Source: the human T2T-CHM13v2.0 reference genome, Homo sapiens
DNA length: 64,000 nucleotides
Assembly: GCF_009914755.1 (NCBI RefSeq)
Contig: NC_060936.1
Reading direction: 5' to 3' (one strand)
Part shown: positions 1 to 18,435 of the stretch, piece after piece
Position numbering within the stretch: position 1 is the stretch's first letter
Layout: every line of letters starts with the position of its first letter
The notes under the pieces: generated by a model
The model's database searches: none
What the model was told of the DNA's origin: nothing
What the model saw: only the letters and a program-made list of their open reading frames with translations
Made by a program: the position numbers and the translations under genes

Positions 1-281
<281 letters not shown>

Positions 282-1459
282 TTAGTCATGAATTAAAAGG
301 AGTAGTTAGTTTTGTTAGCTTGTTACTTGATTGATCCCAGGCTTAAGAACCTTGGTTTGCCAAGCATTGCCTCAAAAGATGATCGTTCATCCATTTCCTC
401 TCTCTTTCATTCATCAAATATTTATTAAGTGCTTAACTATGTGTCAGTATTGTTATAGGAAATGGAGACCACAGAGAACATAGCTATGGAATGCAGCTGT
501 CATAGGGCTCATATTCTAATGTGTGTGTGTATGCACATGTGTGAATGAGAGAAAGAGAGAGAGAAATGAATCACGAATTAGTCACCAGGCATTGAGTTTG
601 ATGGGATTTAGAGGTTTATTGGTCCACAAGGGAAGGACCAGGTCTGATTTATTCAGCAATGCATGTCAAGGGTCTTGCACAGAGCCTGATACCCAACAGG
701 CACTAAATAAATATCTATCAAAAGAAGTTATGGGATGGGCATAGTGGCTCATGCCTGTGATCCTGGCACTTTGGGAGGCTGAGGCGGGAGGATCACTTGA
801 GGCCAAGGGTTTGAAACCAGCTTGGTCAACAGAGTGAGACTTTGTCTCTACAAAAAAGAAATAAAAGAAGTTATGAATTTTAAAAGATGCTGCCACTGAG
901 ACCCTGGGAAGTCTGAACATCAAATCCAGCCTCTTTCTAACTAAACAGAGAAGCCCAAACCAGTGTCTCTTCCTTCTGCTCTACTGGGCAGGGCGAGTTC
1001 CAGGGGCACTAGCAGACAGGCCAGAGGCTCAGAAATACCCAGGCTCGACTCCTTAACAAGCCTCCCTGTTGTAACTAGAAATCTCAGTGCAGACAAATCG
1101 CTAACTTCCCCCCACCTGGGATTATCGGCGTTAAGTTCATTATTTTTTAGAATCAGGGAAACCGCCCACGATGCAGGAAGACTTAGCTAAGGGGAAGAAA
1201 CAGAAAGGAATAAAAGGTACCTGGAGGGTTCCCTTTGAATAATTTGAGCATAAAGATGCATCTATAATTAATTCCCATTGTTACTACCCAAAACTTAATA
1301 GTGTAATTAATGTTTTAGATTTCTCCCTCCCCTTTCCCCCCAGAGACAGTGGAGCTGAACTGAAGCCAACAATTGCCCTCCCTGAGAATATCTGAGATAT
1401 TCTTGTTAGGGAAATGGTGGCTGCTGATGTGTTCTTGCTTGGCTGGGGGATGGGATTAG

Positions 1460-1596
1460 GGTGGAAGGAGAGAGAGGGAGGGAGGGAGGGAGAGAGAGAG
1501 AGAGAGAGACAGAGAGAGGAGAGGGAGGGAGGGAGAGAAAGGGGGAGGGGGAGAGAGAGAGAGAGAGAAGAGAGAGGAGAGAGAGAGAGAGAGAGA
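1460..1596. repeat. GA-rich simple repeat
   Basis: (GA)n/(GGGA)n tract. Confidence 0.95.
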
Positions 1597-2616
1597 TTGA
1601 TTGATTCTATGGGCTCTATTAATGGAGCCAGGACCTAGGTTTGGGTCCCTGCAAGACCCACCAGTGTCTTGTCTCTGGGGCCCATGGCTTAGATGACACC
1701 TGTTGTACAACTAGTTATCATACATAGAGAATTCTGGACCTGAGGGAGCTGAGGAAACAGAGTAGTGTCTTCTGACAAAAAGTTAGCTCCAAACAGTGGT
1801 CTTTGGTAAGTGGATCAGTGGGGTTCTCTTTTTTTGGGGCAGAAGGCTGGCATCCCCGTTAAATCAACTTAGTTAACCCCATCCTACTTGTCAGCTGGTC
1901 CTCTGGCTGGTCAGGCATTCTTCAGGAAAATCACTCCTCAGTAGTCTCAGGCCATAACCCGCTTCCTTCCCCTCTTTGCTTAAACTTTCTTAATCTCATT
2001 CTTTAGCTCAATTGTCACCTCCTCCAGGAAGCCCTCCCTGACCTCCCAAACTCCGTGAACCATTATTATTTCCAGGAACCATTCCTCGATGGTACCTTCC
2101 ACAGCTGCCATGTTTACTGTATTTGTTGATTCTTTGACAAAGGAATGGCTGTGAGCTTCATGACAGCAGGGACAGCATTTGTCTAGCTTGCCATGATCCC
2201 CCTGAAGCCTCACACAGTGCCTGGCACAGAATCTGAGTAGCTAGAACTACAGGCGTGTGCTGCGACACCCAACTAATGAATGAATGAGTAAAATTAAGGG
2301 TCAGCCCTGAACGAGGGTGCTCTCCAGGCAGTAGTGTGCTGGAGCTGACTAACTCCAGCTCCTCCCTAGTCTGGGTTCAGTGACTTCCTAGGCCAGGTGT
2401 AGTGGCTCACACCTGTAATCCTAGCACTTTGGGAGGCTGAGGCAGGAGGATCGCTTGAGGCCAGGTGTTCGAGACTAGCCTGTGCAACAAAGTGAGACGC
2501 CTCCAGCCTGGGGAACAGACCCTATCTCAAAAAAGAAAGAAAGAAAGAAAAGAAATTGGTCATAGTGGGAATGTTTACATCATGGAAACTGGCAAACATG
2601 AAAATCAAGGTATTAC

Positions 2617-2648
<32 letters not shown>
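2617..2648. repeat. (AAT)10 microsatellite in intron 13
   Basis: About 10 pure TAT units; probably the NOS1 intronic (AAT)n marker used in airway-NO association studies (recalled). Confidence 0.9.
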
Positions 2649-2914
2649 GGAGGGCTGGTTCACCAACACACCATTGCCCCCAGGACAAGAATTTAGGAAA
2701 CCAGTGTGAGGAAAGTGAGGCTGAGAAGGAGAAGAGTTGGAACGACATTCACAGCTCAGACTCAGAGGCAAAGAAGGCCCAGGTGGCTGAAGAAGATGAA
2801 GAAATCATATTCTGTAGAGAGGTCAGAGGGCACAGGAGTCTGCCCAGCCTCCTTCTCTGGGTTCTCTGAGTTTGTGGGGACATCCACCCCACCCGCCCAC
2901 TGCACGAAACTTAC

Positions 2915-3000
2915 TCTGCTAGCTTCTTGAAGCCGATGGCTCGCCGCTTTGTGGGGGTCCCGTTGGTGCCTTTCCAGACATGCGTGTTCCAGGGATCAGG
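2915..3000 (-). CDS. NOS1: NOS1 exon 13 (86 nt): PDPWNTHVWKGTNGTPTKRRAIGFKKLA(E); start of calmodulin-binding helix
   Basis: cccag acceptor, AGA|GTAAGT donor; KRRAIGFKKLAE. Confidence 0.97.
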
Positions 3001-3223
3001 CTGGGAAGAGAAGGAGAGGGCTATGGTCACTCACTGCAGTGAGGGCATCTGGTTCCTGTTGGGGATGCTCAGGACCACCTGGGACTTGTGACTGCCTGAC
3101 CCTCGGCCTCTGAAGGGAAGAATTCTGCCCAGTGGTGACCACCATGGGGGAAGGGATGCGGGGTTGGGGGGAGGGGGGGGTCCTTGCCCAGTGGGTGGTC
3201 TGGCCTTGGCAGTGTCCTGCTAG

Positions 3224-4170
<947 letters not shown>

Positions 4171-4340
4171 CATATAGTCTCTCTTGTTCTTTCAGCTAGA
4201 CCTGTGCAATATGGTAGCCACCAGCCACATGTGGCTATTGAGTGTCCAGAGCACTAGCCTGGGTTGAAATGAGCCTAAATGTGACACACACACCAGATAC
4301 AGGACACTTAATATGAAAAGAGGCAGGGACAGGGAAGGAC

Positions 4341-4535
4341 CTGGTATTCGAAGGAGGGGGTGAGCCGGTAGTTGAGCATCTCCTGGTGGAACACAGGGGT
4401 GATGCTTCCGGACATGGGGGGCACGATCCACACCCAGTCGGCAGGGCAGCCCCCCCGGCAGCGGTACTCATTCTCCATGTGCTTAATGAAGGACTCGGTG
4501 GCGGAGTGATGGTCAACAATGGTCACTTTGTCACT
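4341..4535 (-). CDS. NOS1: NOS1 exon 12 (195 nt): [16 protein letters not shown]...[36 protein letters not shown]; pterin-binding region
   Basis: cacag acceptor, weak CAG|GTCCTT donor; conserved DWVWIVPP. Confidence 0.97.
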
Positions 4536-4705
4536 CTGTGGGAGGAGAGGGGACAGGGGTCAGGAGGTATGAGAAGCTGGGGTATTTTGGGACTCCCTGC
4601 CCCAAAGAGCAGCATTTCCCAAAGGGTGGTCCCTGAGATGGTTTAGAGCAGCGTGAAGTGAGATGGTGATTCTCTCTGCATTTCTTGTCCAGTCCTTCCA
4701 CTTAG

Positions 4706-5122
<417 letters not shown>

Positions 5123-5134
5123 TTTTTCTTTTTC

Positions 5135-5550
5135 TATTTTTTAATTTTTATAGGCTTTTGGGGAACAGGTGGTGCTTGGTGACATGAGTAAGTTCTTTAG
5201 TGGTGATTTGTGAGATTTTGGTGCACCCATCGCCCGAGCAGTATACACTGCACACAATTTGTAGTCTTTTATCCCTCACCCCCTTCCCACCCTTTCCCCG
5301 AGTCCCCAAAGTCCACTGTGTCATTCTTAGGCCTTTGCGTCCTCGTAGCTTAGCTCCCACTAATGAGTGAGAACATACGATGTTTGGTTTTTCATTCCTG
5401 AGTTACTTCACTTAGAATAATAGTCTCCATTCCCATCCAGGTTGCTGCGAATGCCATGAATTCGGTTGGTTCCACATTTTTAGCAATTGCGAATTGTGCT
5501 GTTATAAACATGTGTGTGCAAGTATCTTTTTTGTATAATGACTTCTTTTA
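5135..5550 (-). mobile_element. L1 3' end fragment (L1PB/old L1PA-like)
   Basis: Antisense L1 3'UTR motifs (gagtgagaacatacgatgtttgg). Confidence 0.85.
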
Positions 5551-5552
5551 GG

Positions 5553-5860
<308 letters not shown>

Positions 5861-6331
5861 TAGTTTTCATTGTTCATCTCAATTACATCCCTGTTGTCTC
5901 TGGCTTGACAGACTTCATACCAGTCCATCAGGCCACATGCCACACTCCTGAAACCTCATTCTCCATGGTTAAAGGAGAAGGGAGGTGGCCTCCTTCCCTC
6001 TTGCTCTGTCTCAACTTGTCCCTTCCCTTTGACATTCCTCAGTGCACCCACTCCATCCACATCTGACATGGGGACCTATGGCTTCTATTCCTATCCATCC
6101 ATGGCTTGATTTAACACATTCATTCTGCTGGCTGTGTGTGCCTCTCACGTGCATCTACGGGGGTCTAGCTGCCTAGACTGGAAGCCCCCAGAGGACAGTG
6201 ATGGTCCCTATTATAGAGAGCAACTTCTAGTTTCTAGATCTCCTGGTTGGCCCAGGAGAATCCTAGTGATGCCCATTGTCCTGGCATAGTTATTACTAGT
6301 GTCGCCCTCTGGCTCTCAAAAGTGTTGTGGT

Positions 6332-6694
<363 letters not shown>

Positions 6695-7065
6695 TTATTT
6701 AGGAGCCTATATGTCTCTGATGATGTTGAAGAGTATTTGTCTCTGTTATGTGATAGTCTGAGGCCCTAAGAGATGACAAGACAGAGAGGATGCCTCTTGT
6801 TTGAATTCTAAAGAACTCTAAGCAACAAGACAGAACACTCCTCTACCCCTGCCACCATTTGTTCATCTCTTCATCAAATGGTCCCCACCCAAGATCCACA
6901 CTGGAGAGGAGGGCATGCAGGATGGAAGCTAGACCATACTCATGGACACAATCCCCGCAAAGGTGGTTTCTGGCAGTGAGGTCTCTTGATCTTCTGCATC
7001 AAGGCTCTGAAAGGTTTGAACTCTCATTTGAAGCTTGACCCTGGTGGTGCGGGCCCTGGTGTTAC

Positions 7066-7167
7066 CTGGAAGCTATAGAGAACCGCGATATTGATCTCCA
7101 CCAGCGCCTGGTCCTTCCACAGGGAGGACGTCTTCCTCATGTCTAAGTTCATCTTCTTGGCCACTTC
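7066..7167 (-). CDS. NOS1: NOS1 exon 11 (102 nt): [34 protein letters not shown]
   Basis: tttcag acceptor, CAG|GTAACA donor; phase 0-0. Confidence 0.97.
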
Positions 7168-7255
7168 CTGAAAGAGGAAGGAAACACAGATATACAGGCT
7201 GGGGTATCTCTGGATTTCAGATTGAAGAGGGACAGGGCTAGTGGCGTGAAATAAT

Positions 7256-7554
<299 letters not shown>

Positions 7555-7575
7555 AAGAATTTCTTAATTAATTAA

Positions 7576-7921
<346 letters not shown>

Positions 7922-8482
7922 TCAAAAATTTTTTATTGATCTGTTGGACTAGGTATGAAATAAAAATGTTAAAAAATTTAAAAAGTTAAAATTTTTATCG
8001 AGAACCTACCAGCAGCAGGAAACTAGAGACTCGGCTGGCCCTTTAATTACTAATCTTGTGTTCTAATGGGGAAGAGAGAGATACTTAATACAGTGGTAGG
8101 TACTAATTCTTAGGAAGAAAATAAGGAAATGGGATGAAGAGGGATATGGGGGCTGGGCTAATTCAGCTAGGGTAGTCAGGGAAGGCCCACTGTGGAGACA
8201 GCATGCAAGGTGAGCCCTAAGTGATGAGAAGAAGCCAGATATTCGCAGATCTGGGGAGAGAGTGCTCTAGGCAGAGGGGGCAGCAAGAGCAAAGCCCTGG
8301 GGTGGGATCAGGCTTGGGCTATCTTAGATATGGAAAGAAGACCAGAGGGTGTTTGGAGGGTGGTACATAAGGGGTAATTGGTGGGAGTGAGACAGGACTA
8401 GCTGGTGTAAGATCTTGAAAGACATGCCAAGGAGTCAGGATGTTATTCCAGATGTGACGGGCCCAGGGGGCAGGATCTCTGG

Positions 8483-8485
<3 letters not shown>

Positions 8486-8513
<28 letters not shown>

Positions 8514-8791
8514 GACAGAGTCTCACTCTGTCGCCAGGCTGGAGTGCAGTGTCGTGATCTCGGCTCACTGCAACCTCCGCTTCCTGGGTTTAAGTGATTC
8601 TCCTGCCTCAGCCTCCCAAAGTAGCTGGGACTACAGGTGCACACCATCATGTCCAGCTAAGTTTTGTAATTTTAGTAGAGATGGGGTTTCACCATGTTGG
8701 CCAGGATGGTCTCGATCTCTTGACCTCGTGATCCACCCACCTCGGCCTCCCAAAGTGCTGGGATTACAGGCGTGAGCCGCTGCACCCGGCC
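8486..8791 (-). mobile_element. AluSc-like
   Basis: Alu consensus. Confidence 0.92.
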
Positions 8792-9751
8792 TCTGGAGCA
8801 TTTTAACAGAGATGTAGGTCTGTGAGTGCATCATCTGCTTTCTAGCAGGAAAAGCTCTTCATCTATCCTACTCTACCCCCAGAGTGGTCATGACCTAGCA
8901 TCTAGGCCATGGGTGCTCTGAGCTCATGAGGCCCCTGCCAGACTCCATCTGACACATGGGGAAACTGAGGCTCAGAGAGGTGCCTGGACTTGTCCAACGT
9001 CCACAGAACCAGCTAGTCTCAGAGGTGGAGCCCAGGGAGATGCCTAACGTCTAAGACCTTGGAGCTGCTCTCTAAGCAGCTGACGCCTGTGGCAAAATTA
9101 CTTGCAAAAAAAGAACTCATGACATGCATGTTACAGCCAAGGCAGAAGCAGGAGCTGGTGTCAGGAGCAGGGAAGACCCAATAGCAAGTGCATTAATTAA
9201 AGCCCTGCTTTTCACTTCCTCTGTCAATACTAGTCACTGGTGGGAACCCAGGTCTCATTATGGGGCTAAAATGCAGCAATTTCTTTGGTTTGGGTAAACT
9301 GCTCCTAGACCCAGCTATCAACGTTTGTACATAATGACAGGTGGAATTGGAGGGTCGGGGTGGGAGAGAGGCTCATTTCAGTTACCCAGAGACTACTCTT
9401 TGCAACTGAAATGTAAACAGAGATCAGAGAGCAGACTTATTAACTCACTCTTTGAGGCTGAGGCATTAGTTTCTGCTTGGGGTCTCTATCAGCGACACAT
9501 TTGTGGGAAGTAAGAAATTTGATGCTGCTTTCCATAAATACATATAAAACTGGAGTGTATGACAGAGGAAAGTATACACACACAGAGGAAAGTATGTATA
9601 GAAGAACAATGCTATTGTTATTCTATAGCATTATTTGGTTAAAAGAATAGAAATTAATTGCAGGGAAAAAAGAAACCCTTAAAAAAAATCCCCAAGTGCA
9701 ACTTGAGCCACATCTAAGAAAACTGCCTGAAACATTTTTTCCTTCCTGCTA

Positions 9752-10115
<364 letters not shown>

Positions 10116-10303
10116 TCAGTGGTTGTCCAGAAGAATCTCCTGGGGAACTTTGCAAAATGCAGATACCCAGGGCCCACCCCAGACCTATGACATCAGAACC
10201 CCGATGAATGGGATCCAGGCATCACGAAGCCCCCCAGATACCCTCCGATGTGTGGCAAAGCTGAGGATCCCTGGCATCTGTTTTCCACAGTGATACCGGT
10301 GGC

Positions 10304-10598
10304 TTTTTTTTTTTTTTCTTTGAGATGGAGACTCGCTCTGTTGCCCAGGCTGGAGTACAGTGGCGCAATCTCGGCTCACTGCGACCTCTGCCTCCCTGGT
10401 TCAAGCGATTCTCCTGGCTCAGCCTTCTGAGTAGCTGGGATTATAGGCGCAAGCCATCATGCCTGGCTAATTTTTGTATTTTTAGTAGAGACGGGGTTTC
10501 ACCAAGTTGGTCAGGCTGGTCTCGAACTCCAGGCTGTGATCAGCCTGCCTCGGCCTCCCAAAGTGCTGGGATTACAGGCATGAGCCACCGCGCCCAGC
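10304..10598 (-). mobile_element. AluS
   Basis: Alu consensus. Confidence 0.92.
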
Positions 10599-11410
10599 CA
10601 ACCGGTGGATTTTTAACAGCACAAACCTGATGCTCGGTTCTGGGTTCTAATCTTGGTTCTGTGCCTTAGCTCCTGTGTGACACAGGCCCAGTGCTTAACT
10701 TCTCTGTTTCTCAGTGCCCTCTTTTGAAACAAATCCAACAGCAGCAGAGTGTTGTTAGAGACATTTGCTGACAAAAACACAGCAATCATGATGCTTTCAC
10801 CAAAGTTGGGCTTCAGGAAGCACCGCTCCAGCACTTTTTAGTAGATACGGATGACTCAGCCCGGGAGGGAATCAGACCCTCTGCCGAGAAATGCTTAGAG
10901 TGGGGAACCACTGCCAACCCTCCTCCCTTGTTTTTTAGAAAAGACACTAAATATGTCCCGAGTTTGTCAGTCATCCTCAAGCTCTTCTAACAAGATTTAA
11001 GACCGAGAGGCAGCGGAGTGGAGTGGTAATGAACTTGGAGCATGAAGTCAAACCAGACACATTTCCCAGCCCTGCTGCCGGCTAGCTGTGTGACCTTGAG
11101 CTTGTCATCTGTCGAAGGGGGATTCTCATACCTCAAGGTTCAGGTGAGGATGAAATGAGAATGGAACACAGCAACAGTGCTTCGGATGCTGTTAGCACGT
11201 GCTATGTGCTATGTGCGTGTTTGCTGTTATTTTCATTGTTGTTAAAGACATGGATGCCCCTGGCATTTCCAGGGGCTTCTCTGGGATTGCAATTCTATTC
11301 TAACCCCTTCAAGTTTCCAAGCCACCAAGCTCGCCGTGGGGAAGGGGACTGCTGAGCTGGCACCCTCTGCTATGTGCTTTTCCCCTGTGGTGACCAGAGA
11401 GGGCCCTTAC

Positions 11411-11585
11411 CTCCAGGATATTGTAGCGGGAGTTGTCACAGTAGTCGCGGACACCAATCTCTGTGCCCATGTACCAGCCACTGAAGGGACAGGCGCTGAA
11501 CTCCAGGCCGCCAATCTCTAGGAGCATGTTGGACACGGCGGGGAGGCCGTACCACTTCAGCCCCAGGTCCTTGAACCACTCAAAC
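11411..11585 (-). CDS. NOS1: NOS1 exon 10 (175 nt): [58 protein letters not shown]; L-Arg-binding Glu
   Basis: ctgcag acceptor, GAG|GTAAGG donor; WYMGTEIG motif. Confidence 0.98.
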
Positions 11586-12509
11586 CTGCAGGGAGCAACA
11601 GGGCCCAGCTCACCCGGAGCAGGTGTCTCATGGGCGGGACAGCTTGAATCTAGAGATGCTGAAATGCCAAGGATGGACTGGGACTGACAAGGTCAGAATA
11701 TGGTTCCTGGGCCCTGCTTCAGATCTGTGGAATTGCAGGTTCTGCAGCTGGGGGCCTGAGAATGTGCATTTTTAACGTATTTCTCAGGTGCTTCGGATGG
11801 ATATTCAGGCCTGGAAACTACTGCCTTAGGCTGCTGTTTCTCTCTCAAACCCACCCTGAAAGTGAGTCCAGGAGAAAGTGTGGGGACCTCTCTCCCCCTT
11901 CCCCGACTGAGCACCCTCCTACCCTCAGGGCCTTTGCACAGGCAGCCAAACTTCAGAGCCAAACTCTGTCACCCAAACTTCTTCTTTCTTTCTTTTTTTT
12001 GGGGGGTAGGGGAATGCAGTCTCGCTCTGTCATGCAGGCTTCCTCCTGGGACCTTCTCCCTTCCTTCTGTGCTTCCAGCTCTTACTCATACTTTAATTGT
12101 CAGCTAAAATCATGCTTATTCTGGAAAGCCTTCCCTGAGGCCCAGCTGGTCAGGGGATTTCATCCTAGGCACCATACATTTCCTTTGCAGCACTTTATTA
12201 AAATTAAGTGGTTATTTGAGTAATTATGTGTGTAAGAACTTCTCTTCCTTGAGATCATAAGCACCGTGGGGGCAGGGATTGAGTCAGCTCCAAAAGCTAG
12301 CACAATGCCTGGCATGCATGGGGAACTGTGTTGGATGAGCCAATAAATGAATGAATAAATATAGGCTACATTTCACCAAGGAACTGGGTGAGTTCCCAGA
12401 TATCAGGCAGTGTCAGGAGCCTCAGGACACCGGCTCCCTCTCCAAGGCTGGGACTAGGGTGAGGCAGGTGTGGCACTATCCTTGGGTGTAAAATTTAAGT
12501 TGGGGGAGC

Positions 12510-12644
12510 TATTAGGTTGATGCAAAAGTAGCTGTGGTTTTGCAATTACTTTTGCACCAACTGAATAGTTTCCCCCTCTTAAGTTTACTTTTGCCATTAA
12601 AAGTAATGGCAAAAACCACAGTTACTTTTTGCATCAACCTAATA
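12510..12644. mobile_element. MADE1 (Hsmar1-derived MITE) with internal rearrangement
   Basis: TTAGGTTG(A)TGCAAAAGTA terminal inverted repeats, TA TSD. Confidence 0.9.
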
Positions 12645-12867
12645 AAAACCCAATAATTAGGATCAATGCTATTATTTATTTATACAATATTTTAAAGAAA
12701 CATTTAAAAAATCAAAATTTATGTATATATATGATGAACAATAATGTAGGATTCCACCCTACACTTGTATGACACCTCGTTCATCTGACCCTAATCTCAG
12801 TCCTGAGCTGGATCCTATCTTTATTGAAAATGTTGATATATTGTTCATCATGTGCTGTTTTTTAAAA

Positions 12868-14860
<1,993 letters not shown>

Positions 14861-15065
14861 ATTGCATTCTTATATTTATCTTATTATCGAGTGTGTTAGC
14901 AACTCCCCTTGATTTTATTCATTCCCAGGTTTGAGTCTAGTGCCTCACGGTGGATGTCCTTTACTCTCAAAGGGCAAATGCTGTTTGTGTTGCTGGCCTG
15001 AGACCTTGCAGCAACTTCATGACTCCAAATTCCTTTTGAACTTGATCCACACCAGGTTCTGTAGA

Positions 15066-16260
<1,195 letters not shown>

Positions 16261-16340
16261 CAATTGAGAGAACTGTTTACAACTCTATCTTGATCATCAG
16301 ATCCTATAGAGTTTTAAACAGTTCTCTCAATTGAAAATGT

Positions 16341-16725
<385 letters not shown>

Positions 16726-16997
16726 TTAGGGCTGGAAGAAGGGCAGGTCCTTGTTAATGGCTTAGGAGTGAGATGATTCAGAAAAGGTGGTGGTCCCCAG
16801 GCTGGTCAAAGAGGTCTTTTTGCTCCTTGAGGGAACTCACTCTGCCCAAGCCCACAGTGAGGACAGGAACCAAGCCCCCCTTTCCCCTTTCAGCTTCGGT
16901 CTGGACTAGAAAGAAAGCCAGGGGGGATGGGGCTGGGCAAAGAGGGGCACTGGGCAAACCCACTCACCCTCTCCCACCCCTTGCCAGTCCCTCTTAC

Positions 16998-17137
16998 TTG
17001 GGGTGCCTGATGGGAACTTCCAACACCAGCTCTGGAGGAATCTGGAAGAGCTCAGGGTCATTGCCGTTGGCCTGAAGCAGGAGCGGCAGGACATCGAAGC
17101 GGCCTCTAGGCGGTTTCCAGCCCTGCTGTATGCATAT
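16998..17137 (-). CDS. NOS1: NOS1 exon 9 (140 nt): [46 protein letters not shown](K)
   Basis: ttgcag acceptor, CAA|GTAAGA donor. Confidence 0.97.
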
Positions 17138-17316
17138 CTGCAAGCAGACCCGGCCAGGTAATGCCACTGTACCCCACACCCTACAAACACAACCCTTATG
17201 TGGGAAGCGGGGGTGGGGTGGATAGAGATCCAAATGCAAGCCCCCAGGAGACATTTCCTCTGGAGGCTCTTGGACCACATCACCTGCTTTATAGAGTTCT
17301 CCCTGACATCACCATG

Positions 17317-17400
17317 TATTAGGTTGGTGCAAAAGTAATTGCGGGTTTTGCCATTACTTTCAATAGCAAAAACCACAATTATTTTTGCACTAACCTAGTA
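17317..17400. mobile_element. MADE1 MITE, full length (miR-548-type hairpin)
   Basis: 80-nt palindrome TTAGGTTGGTGCAAAAGTAATTGC...; TA TSD. Confidence 0.93.
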
Positions 17401-18135
17401 ACTAGCATGAGTTCTCATGGGCCCACAGGACAGAGGGCAAACCCTTCCTCTAGTACTGAGCTTTGTTTTCCAGGTCTTCCCTGCCCACTGGAATTCCCAG
17501 AGGGCAAGGGCTGAACCTGACTAACAAGTGCATCTGCAGGCTGCCAGCTCTGTGTTTGTAATAATATAAGGTATTGTAAGATACAAAGAAAATCTGCTGA
17601 ATTTGATGAAGGCAGATGTATTAGAATTACAGTATAAAATGCATTTGTTAGAGCAGCTGTCCAATAAAAATATAATGCAAGCCACCTAAGTAATTAAAAC
17701 TTTCTAGTAGCCACATTAGAAAAAAAAAACAACTGGTGAAAATAATTTTGATTTTATCTTTTTTTTGCTAGGCTTCTTCAAATCATGGGAGAAAATAATA
17801 TTAATAATATACTCATCTTAAAGTTCAACAATGTCCTTGATATTAATATTAATTTATTAATAGTATATTAAATATTACTATCATATATTCTAATTATATA
17901 TTTGACATTAAAATTAAATATGTAACACTTATTCATCTAATATATCAAATAATACATTAAATATCAACATTAATTTATTAATAATAAATTATCAATATGA
18001 GTGTATTTAAATAATATATTTAACATTAAAAATAAAAATATACTTATTAATCCAGTGAATCTATTAATTTGTTAATAAATATATTACCCTAATGTATCCA
18101 TATTATTACTATTTCAACATTAAAAATGATCAATG

Positions 18136-18435
18136 GGCCGGGCGCGGTGGCTCACGCCTGTAATCCCAGCACTTTGGGAGGCAGAGGTGGGCGGATCATG
18201 AGGTCAGGATATCGAGAGCATCCTGGCCAACATGGTGAAACCCTATCTCTACTAAAATACAAAAAATTAGCCGGGCGTGGTGGTGCGCATCTGTAGTCCC
18301 AGCTACTCAGGAGGCAGAGGCAGGGGAATTGCTTGAACTCAGAGTTGCAGTGAGCTGAGATTGCACCACTGCACTCCAGCCTGGCAACAGAGTGAGACTC
18401 CATCTCAAAAAACAAAAAAAACCCAAAAAAAAACA
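18136..18435 (+). mobile_element. AluSc-like
   Basis: Alu consensus. Confidence 0.92.

Noticed and set aside
4330-4345. GTCCTT donor as a U12-type intron
   Set aside because: Lacks the GTATCCTT consensus, and no TCCTTAAC branch point precedes the exon 13 acceptor.
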